Origin: Planctomycetota bacterium
Lineage (GTDB): Bacteria > Planctomycetota > GCA-002687715 > DRQF01
Reading direction: 5' to 3'
Assembly: GCA_027001995.1 (NCBI GenBank)
Contig: JALTLO010000088.1
Location: forward strand, 142,744-158,771
Length of the DNA stretch: 16,028 nt
Position numbers and translations under genes: made by a program. Under the pieces are notes generated by a model. That model was not told the DNA's origin. It saw only the letters and a list, made by a program, of their open reading frames with translations, and made no database searches. Of this stretch, positions 8,847-15,816 are shown one piece after another. Numbering within the stretch: the first letter of the stretch is position 1; each line of letters begins with the position of its first letter.

Positions 8847-9200
8847 TCAGTAAGCACTTGGCACGTGAGCGATGATCCATTCGCCATGGCGCCGGGTCAC
8901 CGCGATGACGTCGATGCGGCAATCGACTTGCCAGAGATTCTCCTGGCTTCGATAGGCTGAAACAGCCCTCTTAAGGCGTTGACTCTTGGAGCCAAACACA
9001 GAAGACTGCGCTGACTCCAAGCCGTCAATTCGGTAACGGACCTCAACGAAAACGACGGTTTCTTCATGAACCGCAATCAGATCAAGTTCGTCCCGTCCCA
9101 CGAAAACATTACGTTCGACGATCAGGTAGCCAAGCTTCTTGAGAAAGCGCTCGGCTTGCTTTTCAGCCCGTCTTCCGATGGACCAGGGGTTTTTCTTCAA
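8847..9200 (-). CDS. yraN: YraN/UPF0102 family protein (PD-(D/E)xK-like fold)
   Basis: GRRAEKQAERFLKKLGYLIVERN, ELDLIA, VVFVEVRYR and CRIDVIAV match the family pattern; TTG start. Confidence 0.9.
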   Translation of the reverse strand: MKKNPWSIGRRAEKQAERFLKKLGYLIVERNVFVGRDELDLIAVHEETVVFVEVRYRIDGLESAQSSVFGSKSQRLKRAVSAYRSQENLWQVDCRIDVIAVTRRHGEWIIAHVPSAY

Positions 9201-9236
9201 AGTCCGATTCCTTCTGGGGGAATCGGGAGCTGATGT

Positions 9237-9524
9237 TTAGCTGTCCTTCTTTATGTCGAGAACTTTGACCACTGTGTTGGTCAAAATCTCAAATCTTGAG
9301 CCGTGGCTGTCCACAATAAGGGTTTCAGTCTTGTTTTCGACGAGTTTCCCAATCAGCCCAGAGGTGAAGAGGATGCGGTCGCCCTTCTTTAGGGACTCCA
9401 TCATTTCAGCCTTCTTTTTCTTCTCTTTGCGCATGGGGATGATAAAGATGACTAACCAGACAACGCCCATCAGAGCAAACAGCATGATGGGGCTCATGCC
9501 CTCTTCCGCAAGGAACAAATTCAT
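9237..9524 (-). CDS. yajC: Preprotein translocase subunit YajC
   Basis: Single TM, then PMRKEKKKKAEMMESLKKGDRILFTSGLIGKL. ATG at 9524 follows a GGAGG RBS, so it is preferred over 9545. Confidence 0.9.
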   Translation of the reverse strand: MNLFLAEEGMSPIMLFALMGVVWLVIFIIPMRKEKKKKAEMMESLKKGDRILFTSGLIGKLVENKTETLIVDSHGSRFEILTNTVVKVLDIKKDS

Positions 9525-9551
9525 TTCGATTTTCCTCCCTGGCATTTGCCA

Positions 9552-9674
9552 GTTTGTGATTTAAGGTTCCCAGTCAGGTTCGTCAGTTCCTATATCGTTG
9601 TGGGGACTTTGGTTATCCAGAGTCCTAAGATGGCATGGAAGCTGACGAATCTGACCGGGTACCATATAACAAGC
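9552..9674. other. Long imperfect hairpin (~100-120 nt) in the divergent yajC/mnmA intergenic region; candidate structured RNA
   Basis: Arms GGTTCCCAGTCAGGTTCGTCAGTTCC (9565-9590) and GGAAGCTGACGAATCTGACCGGGTACC (9637-9663), with an apical stem GGACTTTGG-TTAT-CCAGAGTCC (9604-9625). Confidence 0.6.
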
Positions 9675-9679
9675 ATTGA

Positions 9680-9708
9680 TTGCGCCTGAAACCGGGCTTT
9701 CCTACCAT
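9680..9708 (+). promoter_or_regulatory. Putative sigma70-type promoter for mnmA
   Basis: TTGCGC (9680-9685), 17-nt spacer, TACCAT (9703-9708), about 40 nt upstream of the ATG at 9750. Confidence 0.45.
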
Positions 9709-9749
9709 GATGGCCCGGGGAATTGACTTTTTTCGTTCAGAGGCTTTTG

Positions 9750-10859
9750 ATGACACAGAAACGAGGTCGGATCGTTTTGGCCATGAGTGGGGGCGTTGAT
9801 TCCAGCGTCGCGGCCGCCATGCTGTGTGAGCAGGGCTATGACGTTGTGGGGCTTTTTATGCGCCACGGGGTCGAGGTCAGCCCTACTGCCAAGCGGGGTA
9901 AGCAGGGCTGCTGTTCGTTGGAAGATTCCATGGACGCCCGCAAAGTGGCGGCGGCTCTTGATATTCCATTCTATGCCGTCAACTTCAGCACAGATTTTGA
10001 CCGCATCGTTGATTACTTTGCCGCGGAGTACAACGCTGGTCGCACTCCCAACCCTTGTATTCAATGCAACCGCTGGCTGAAGTTCGGAAAACTGTTGGAC
10101 TACGCTGATAGCATTGGGGCTACCCATGTGGCCACGGGTCATTATGCCAGTGTCGTTGAGAAGAACTCTCGGTTTGCCATCGCCAGAGGAGTTGATCGGG
10201 ACAAGGATCAATCCTATGTCCTTTTCCCTTTGTCCCAGCAACAACTTGCACGCACTCTCTTGCCTTTGGGGTCATTGACCAAACCGGAAGTGCGACAGCG
10301 AGCGGAGAGTTTAGGGTTGGCGATTTTTGACAAGCCGGACAGCCAGGAGATCTGTTTCGTACCTGACAATGATTATGGCGGTTTCTTGAAACGGCGCGAT
10401 CCAGCATCAATTCAACCCGGTGACATGGTTGACTTGGAGGGGGCGAAAATTGGCGTCCACGAGGGGCACCAGCTTTACACCATAGGTCAACGCAAGGGAC
10501 TGGGGGGAGGATTCTCCGAGCCTCGCTACGTTGTTGACATTCGACCGGAAGAAAACCAAGTGGTTGTGGGCGGTCCCCAAGACTTGTTCGCTGATAGTCT
10601 CGAGTTTGACGCCCCCACTTGGCAGTTGTCGGCCCCCATGCTTGGGGGGCAGACAAGAAAAGGGCATGTGAAAGTGCGTTACTCCCACGAACCGGAGCCA
10701 GCCACTTTGGCGATGACGGAGTCAGGGGTGCGTGTTACTTTTGAGCAAACTTTGCGGGCCGTTACAACGGGGCAAGGGGCGGTTTTTTATTCTGATGATC
10801 AGATCATTTGTGGTGGTTTCATCGACCGGGTGTACAAAAATTCTGAGTCACGTCTATGA
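9750..10859 (+). CDS. mnmA: tRNA 2-thiouridine(34) synthase MnmA
   Basis: PP-loop AMSGGVDSS, GCCSLED, GRTPNPCIQCNRWLKFG, ATGHYA, DKDQSYVL, DSQEICF, YTIGQRKGLG and GQGAVFY. ATG 9750 is preferred over TTG 9723. Confidence 0.97.
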   Translation: MTQKRGRIVLAMSGGVDSSVAAAMLCEQGYDVVGLFMRHGVEVSPTAKRGKQGCCSLEDSMDARKVAAALDIPFYAVNFSTDFDRIVDYFAAEYNAGRTPNPCIQCNRWLKFGKLLDYADSIGATHVATGHYASVVEKNSRFAIARGVDRDKDQSYVLFPLSQQQLARTLLPLGSLTKPEVRQRAESLGLAIFDKPDSQEICFVPDNDYGGFLKRRDPASIQPGDMVDLEGAKIGVHEGHQLYTIGQRKGLGGGFSEPRYVVDIRPEENQVVVGGPQDLFADSLEFDAPTWQLSAPMLGGQTRKGHVKVRYSHEPEPATLAMTESGVRVTFEQTLRAVTTGQGAVFYSDDQIICGGFIDRVYKNSESRL

Positions 10860-13243
10860 CTCACCTCTGGTATTGGACTCTTTCTATACTGGTGCTTGGG
10901 GTGATCGCTCTGCGGTCCTACGGTAAATCTCGTTGGTGGAGGGCGGCAAACTATCTTGTTGCCGCAGTCTTGGTGGGGTGGGGTGTCTCCCCTTGGGCCC
11001 CAACGCCTCTCGGGGCAAGCCATCTCAAGGATGTCAGCCTGATTGTTGTTGATGTTTCTGAAAGCATGGGGCCAGATCCAAGTTCTTTGTTTGCCAAAGC
11101 GCATCTTCATCTGCCGGAGTCTGGCCGCCTCATTGTTGTTGCTGCTGGCTCTCAAGGACAAGTTTGCTTTGATGGGCCCGTTGAGGATTATCCCGACCAA
11201 TTGCGACCCAATCAATTGGATGAGTCGATCCCCACTCGGCTTTCTTGTGATCTTGTTGGCGCTCTCGATTTCGGCCTCAGACTCTTAGGAGTTGATCAAC
11301 GAGCTCATCTTCAAATCGTGAGCGATGGTGGTTTCGATCTGGATGCCCTCAAGGTGGCGCTGCCGGAGCTTCGTCGGCAAAGCATCGCCAACTTGGAAGC
11401 TCGGCAGCCGAAGAAATTGATGACTGAAAACCTTGGGGTTCGCATCATAGGCCCCAACAGGAGCTTCAGTGCAGGCTCTCAGCTATCTTTAGAGGTGGAG
11501 GTTTTCGGCTACACGCGAAACAAGCGCTCCTTGTCTTTGCATATGAGCATTCCCGGACTGCCGACTCGGGAGCTTTCGATTCTGTTGGAAAAGGGTTTGG
11601 TCAACCGCCGACTCTTTCTTCAAACGAGCCCTCTTCCTGCTGCCGCTTCAGAGATTTCTGTGGCGCTGAAGGGGTTGGAGACGATGGACAGTCGTTTGGC
11701 AGATAATCAGGACCGACTGGCTATCAAGAGCAGGGAGCGACCTCTCTCAGTGCTGCTCTTGGAAGGTGAAGCCGCAGCCCCTTTAGATGATGCTTCCATG
11801 GCCCCCGCCGTGATCACAAGAGATCCTCGAAATCTGTCGACGGCAGATGTGGTCGTTGTACATGATTTGGATGTCCAGGAAGGCCGGGTCTCACAAGCAT
11901 TCTGGGAGAAGCTCGGTATTGCTGTGGAACAAGGTGTCGGGCTTTTTCTCGTGGGGAACAAGGCGGCATTCGGATTGGGGCATTGGGACGGACATCTCTT
12001 GGACGAACTGTCACCATTGGCGTCGAAACCGGGTGACAAGAAGCGATGTCTTGTTGTTGCTCTGGATCGGTCTGGGAGCATGGAAAACGCCGACCGGCTT
12101 AAGCGTGCTGGCCGGGTGGTAGAAGAGACTTTCGCCCGTTTGGGCCCGGAAGACCGTCTGGTTGTTTTGCTGTTCTCCTCCCAGGTCGAACGTTTTGAAT
12201 TCGCGAAGAATGATCCCAAGAGCTCAAAGGAACTTCATCAAGTTCTCCAGCGGGCTCGGGCCAGTGGCGGCACGAATCTATCGGCGGTTATGGGGGCGCT
12301 GGTGAATGAGACGATGGGGGATGGGGAAAATGGCATGGCCTTTCTCTTGACGGATGGTCGTGATTCTCAGGCGATGACTTTTCCTCGCGTGTCTCAGTGG
12401 GCCAAGTCTCTTCAGCAGAAGAAACTGAGTTTGCATCTTTTTTGGTTTGACCGAGACTTATCTTTGCGGCCTCTCTTACTTCAGCTCGTTGGGACAAAAG
12501 ACAACTTGGTAGAGGTCGATGACTTTGGGGCCTTGCAGAAACCGTTTTTTCAAGCGATGTCGAAAGACCTGGTGGCAAAGGGGGAAGGATTCCGCTTGAC
12601 GGACGGCCGGGTCATCTCCTTAGAGCGTGTGTTGCGGACTCGTCCACAACCGGATTGTGAAATCTTGGCTTCTGGTTCTGGGCAATTGACGGCCTTGGCC
12701 AAGATCCGAAGAGGTCTGGGGAAGGTGGCGGCGGCTCCTGTTGACTTAAGGGAAGGGGGGCGGCTGAGACTTTGGGGCGAGTCTTCTCTTCTTGCATTCA
12801 TTCGATCCCTGGGGCGTCCCAGATCTCAGGGCAAAGGTGAGCTTCAAGTGCTGTTGGAACGGGGTGTGATTCGCTTACAGTTGAGTCACTGGCAGGGTAT
12901 CCGGTCACCCACATCGGTGAAATTACGAGAGAAGACCTACTCCCTATGTCAAAGTGGACCCCAGCAATTTCTATCCGATTCCTTGGGGTTCATGCCGGAG
13001 TCTCAGATTGCCCAGGTGGATGGCCAAGATGGCACTTCCCTAGCTCGCTTGAGTCTGCGGGCACCCGGGTTTGTAGACGCCGGTTTTGACCCCGATCCCT
13101 TGAACTTGGATGAGCTCAGCGCCTTCTACGAGGGTCTGCCTGTGGCAAGGGCGAAGAACGCCGGTGTCCACTTGGGGCTTCTGCTCCTGGCTCTGGTGGT
13201 CCTGGGGGCAGAGCTCTTACTGGGATTTCGCTCTTTGCGCTGA
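10856..13243 (+). CDS. Membrane-anchored protein with two vWA domains and a class-I glutamine-amidotransferase-like segment
   Basis: N- and C-terminal TM helices. MIDAS-like VDVSES...IVSDG and LDRSGSM...GGTNL...LLTDG. VEQGVGLFLVGNKAAFGLGHW...LSPL and RRGLGKVAA resemble GATase1-like (DUF1355-type) segments. The start overlaps the mnmA stop (ATGA). Confidence 0.75.
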   Translation: MTHLWYWTLSILVLGVIALRSYGKSRWWRAANYLVAAVLVGWGVSPWAPTPLGASHLKDVSLIVVDVSESMGPDPSSLFAKAHLHLPESGRLIVVAAGSQGQVCFDGPVEDYPDQLRPNQLDESIPTRLSCDLVGALDFGLRLLGVDQRAHLQIVSDGGFDLDALKVALPELRRQSIANLEARQPKKLMTENLGVRIIGPNRSFSAGSQLSLEVEVFGYTRNKRSLSLHMSIPGLPTRELSILLEKGLVNRRLFLQTSPLPAAASEISVALKGLETMDSRLADNQDRLAIKSRERPLSVLLLEGEAAAPLDDASMAPAVITRDPRNLSTADVVVVHDLDVQEGRVSQAFWEKLGIAVEQGVGLFLVGNKAAFGLGHWDGHLLDELSPLASKPGDKKRCLVVALDRSGSMENADRLKRAGRVVEETFARLGPEDRLVVLLFSSQVERFEFAKNDPKSSKELHQVLQRARASGGTNLSAVMGALVNETMGDGENGMAFLLTDGRDSQAMTFPRVSQWAKSLQQKKLSLHLFWFDRDLSLRPLLLQLVGTKDNLVEVDDFGALQKPFFQAMSKDLVAKGEGFRLTDGRVISLERVLRTRPQPDCEILASGSGQLTALAKIRRGLGKVAAAPVDLREGGRLRLWGESSLLAFIRSLGRPRSQGKGELQVLLERGVIRLQLSHWQGIRSPTSVKLREKTYSLCQSGPQQFLSDSLGFMPESQIAQVDGQDGTSLARLSLRAPGFVDAGFDPDPLNLDELSAFYEGLPVARAKNAGVHLGLLLLALVVLGAELLLGFRSLR

Positions 13244-13354
13244 ATTTTCACCCAATCCGTCCTCAAGCCTGGTGCTTCCCCAGTCGATGAATGAGTGATA
13301 GGTCATCGTCCCATGTCTTTTAATGACAGGGATTTATTCACTTGGGGATAGTCC

Positions 13355-13996
13355 ATGAGTTCACGATACGCACAAATCTTGGTTCTTTCGCTTGTTGGCA
13401 TTTTGCTTGGTGCCTGCACCACGACTTACACCCGGGACGGGCAGGGCGTCCCCTCAGACTTCGCTGAGGCATCCTTAGCTGACTCTCCGCCCATCGATGT
13501 TGAGAGAAGCCGGATCCAATCTGCAGTCGACGCCGTGGAAGTCGAGCGGGGTGCGAATCTCTTGAGGAATCTCCAATGGCTCATCGGCCAAAAAGACTTG
13601 GCCGTCCCACTCATTGCAGAACGACTTAAGAAAACCAACATCCGTACCAAGGCAAGCCTTCTCTATGTCTTGGGATTCACCCGCACCGCGGAATCGACCG
13701 CTGCCCTCGCTTCTCACATGAATCATGGGGACGCCATCGTCCGATATGAGGCAGCGGCCGGCCTTTTGAATCAAGGAGACATGACTGCTGTACCGGTCCT
13801 GGTCGACATGCTCAACAGCCCGGATCGCCGCTTTCGCTTCAAAGCAATTCAAGTTTTAGAAGCCAATACGGGGCACCACTTCAACTATCAGTTTTCCGCA
13901 GACAAGGAGACCCGTCAAACCGCTATTAACAAATGGCAAAAATGGTGGGAACAAGAAAAGAAACGCCTCATGTATCGCCCCGTTTCCTCGAATTGA
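13355..13996 (+). CDS. HEAT-repeat lipoprotein
   Basis: Lipobox LLGA-C (Cys21); HEAT-like units (VRYEAAAGLLNQGDMTAVPVLVDML, FRFKAIQVLE); C-terminal TG..F...W..WW motif. Confidence 0.8.
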   Translation: MSSRYAQILVLSLVGILLGACTTTYTRDGQGVPSDFAEASLADSPPIDVERSRIQSAVDAVEVERGANLLRNLQWLIGQKDLAVPLIAERLKKTNIRTKASLLYVLGFTRTAESTAALASHMNHGDAIVRYEAAAGLLNQGDMTAVPVLVDMLNSPDRRFRFKAIQVLEANTGHHFNYQFSADKETRQTAINKWQKWWEQEKKRLMYRPVSSN

Positions 13997-14180
13997 GAAT
14001 GATTTTCTTGGGTTGTTGGTGAGATTTCTTGGCGAACGGCCCAGAATTGAGAAATTGCCTCGATGAATAGGAAGAATATGACGGCATAGGACCTGGTAAC
14101 CTGGAAGATTTTCAGCTGGGCCGTATATTAAGAGTCAATTGGACTCATCGGGGAGTTTTTTCCCTCTAAAGGAAGACAAA

Positions 14181-14282
14181 ATGGGCTTTTGGGGCTGGGT
14201 TGGCGTCCTGTGGGGCGTTTCTTTCATTATCGTCGTCGTGTGCTTGTTCCAGTCCCGGGACCAGCAAAAGCGTCGTTCTTAG
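14181..14282 (+). CDS. Putative 33-aa single-pass small membrane protein MGFWGWVGVLWGVSFIIVVVCLFQSRDQQKRRS
   Basis: AAAGGA RBS shortly before ATG 14181, a hydrophobic stretch of ~23 aa, a basic C-tail and TAG at 14280-14282. Upstream TATATT (14124-14129) is a possible -10. Below the ORF-track size cut-off. Confidence 0.6.
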   Translation: MGFWGWVGVLWGVSFIIVVVCLFQSRDQQKRRS

Positions 14283-14377
14283 TCTGCGCCGCCATCCTCC
14301 CTGGGGCCGTGGCCGCAGAAATCGCTTCCTTCTTTTCCTTCCTGGCTCCAAGCCTTTATAGTCTAAGCGGTGGAATT

Positions 14378-14408
14378 CCCCTTACTTAGGTATCCCCTAA
14401 ATTAGGTA
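14378..14408. promoter_or_regulatory. Tandem imperfect 15-bp direct repeat with palindromic cores; candidate operator
   Basis: CCCCTTACTTAGGTA (14378-14392) and CCCCTAAATTAGGTA (14394-14408), 13/15 identical. The core CCTAA-N-TTAGG is palindromic. Located just downstream of TATAGT (14357-14362). Confidence 0.45.
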
Positions 14409-14543
14409 AATCGTTTTCAGCAATGGTTTTTTGGCTAGAACAATGGCCAAGGAAACCGTCTTCTAATTGGGTGCACCTCCCAAACAAGGACGGTGGGTCC
14501 ATGTATATCGCCCAGGGAAATGAGACGAGACAGGTAGCAAAGC

Positions 14544-15668
14544 ATGAAGATCTATTTTTGCGATGAATGCCATGAGAGCATTCCACTGAAGGACATCGCG
14601 GATAACACAATTACCATCGAAGGTGGCAAGATCTACCATGGGAAGTGCCGCCCTAAGGCCGCCAAACCTGGAGGACGCGTCAGCTATGCAACAGCGGCGG
14701 TTTCTTTGCTCCTCGGTTTGGGAGTCGGGGCTGTGGTTATGGCTATCTGGGGTGACCTTATCCTTGGAAAGGATGGGGGAGATAATGTCGCAAGGCAGAT
14801 TGCCCGCTTGGAAACCTCACTGACAGACCTGAAGCTGGAATCAAACCGGCGCTTGGAAGTGATCGAGCGGGACTTAGAGGAGAGCCCAGGGATTGATGGT
14901 AAGTCGGGCAAGTTGGCCCGAGCTATTCAAGGCGTATCTGACAACGGCAATTCTATCCGGAAGATGCAGCACAATTTCAGTGGTTTGACGGACAGCTTGC
15001 GCAATGGCCAGGAAGCGCAGGCAAGAGCGTTTGAGGCCTTTAAGCAAGAACGCAAGAAACTTGAAGAAGACACCACAGTTTTTGTGCATCAGAAGCTTGT
15101 CCCTGACCTTGAGAAGACACGGGAGCTCATTAAGAACATTCAAGAAGACGTGGAGGTTCTGGCCGGCCGTATGGAGCAAGTCGAAGAACTGGCCGCCACA
15201 AGCGCTCTCTCTCCTGGCGCCACGGGCAAGGAAGCGGGCACCCCCAAACCCGAGGTCTTGGCACTGGATCCGGAGAAAGCCAAACGGCGCTTGCAGCTCT
15301 TAGAACAATTGAAGAGTAAGGATGGCCCCAAGCGCTTCTCTGCTGTTGTTGATTTGAGCGAATTTCACGATCGGGAGGTTCAGGTCGCCATGGTTGGACT
15401 CTTGGAAGATCCCGCCGACTATGTTCGCTCCACAGCCCTGACTAATCTGATGGACATGGGCACTGTCTGGGCCATCCCCAATATTATTCCAGTCCTGAAG
15501 AACGATGATTACGTCTTGCGAGAGACGGCCATTGCGGCTTTGGAAAAGCTCATGGGTCGTTCCATCTCCTTGGACCCGGACGCCAACTCTGCCAAGGTTC
15601 TGGCCAAGATTCGTGAATTAAAGAAGTGGTGGGAAAAAAACAAAGCGAAACTTCTCAAAGGGCGCTGA
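14544..15668 (+). CDS. Inner-membrane protein: N-terminal Zn-finger, one TM, coiled coil, C-terminal HEAT repeats
   Basis: CDEC-x22-HGKC, TM (AVSLLLGLGVGAVVMAIWG), heptad-rich helices, HEAT units (KRFSAVVDL, YVRSTALTNL, VLRETAIAALEKL) and terminal LKKWWEKNK. Confidence 0.8.
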   Translation: MKIYFCDECHESIPLKDIADNTITIEGGKIYHGKCRPKAAKPGGRVSYATAAVSLLLGLGVGAVVMAIWGDLILGKDGGDNVARQIARLETSLTDLKLESNRRLEVIERDLEESPGIDGKSGKLARAIQGVSDNGNSIRKMQHNFSGLTDSLRNGQEAQARAFEAFKQERKKLEEDTTVFVHQKLVPDLEKTRELIKNIQEDVEVLAGRMEQVEELAATSALSPGATGKEAGTPKPEVLALDPEKAKRRLQLLEQLKSKDGPKRFSAVVDLSEFHDREVQVAMVGLLEDPADYVRSTALTNLMDMGTVWAIPNIIPVLKNDDYVLRETAIAALEKLMGRSISLDPDANSAKVLAKIRELKKWWEKNKAKLLKGR

Positions 15669-15711
15669 TTCGAATCCTCCTCTGGGCTCCTACGCTTTTC
15701 AAACAAGAATT

Positions 15712-15749
15712 CATGGCCGGTGAATCAGAGATTCATCGGCCATGTTTTT
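15712..15749 (+). terminator. Rho-independent terminator
   Basis: 15-bp stem CATGGCCGGTGAATC-AGA-GATTCATCGGCCATG (one G.U pair) followed by TTTTT, about 45 nt after the stop of 14544..15668. Confidence 0.8.
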
Positions 15750-15781
15750 GTTGGGGGCCCCATGGACGGGAACAAAGGCGA

Positions 15782-15810
15782 TTGACGTAAGCTTGGATAG
15801 AATCTAAGTT
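15782..15810 (+). promoter_or_regulatory. Putative sigma70-type promoter for pyk
   Basis: TTGACG (15782-15787), 17-nt spacer, TAAGTT (15805-15810). An alternative -10, TAGAAT, lies at 15798-15803. Confidence 0.5.
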
Positions 15811-15816
15811 AATGTC

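Noticed and set aside
8847..9200. YraN as the cognate nuclease for the orphan methyltransferase
   Set aside because: YraN is a widespread housekeeping-context gene, is convergently oriented, and follows yajC. The EVRYR variant is normal for the family.
9544..9556. 13-mer ATTTGCCAGTTTG also present (reverse complement) at 5008-5020
   Set aside because: A few 13-mer matches are expected by chance in 16 kb over both strands, and the similarity does not extend.
9552..9674. Calling the hairpin SRP (4.5S) or 6S RNA
   Set aside because: No SRP domain IV GNRA/CAGG-AGCA arrangement and no convincing 6S central bubble with closing stem. Left unassigned.
13294..13332. Fluoride riboswitch resemblance (GTGATAGG...TAATGAC)
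   Set aside because: The pseudoknot partner (CTCCT/CTCT-like) after TAATGAC is absent and the downstream gene is unrelated to fluoride export.
13990..14053. Direct repeat GAATTGAGAA twice; possible CRISPR or att remnant
   Set aside because: Only two 10-nt copies, with no array, cas or integrase gene.
14166..14610. ORF-track entries 14166..14351(-), 14189..14389(+) and 14386..14610(-)
   Set aside because: No RBS or protein-like features. The 14181..14282 frame has a better RBS and a coherent TM profile.
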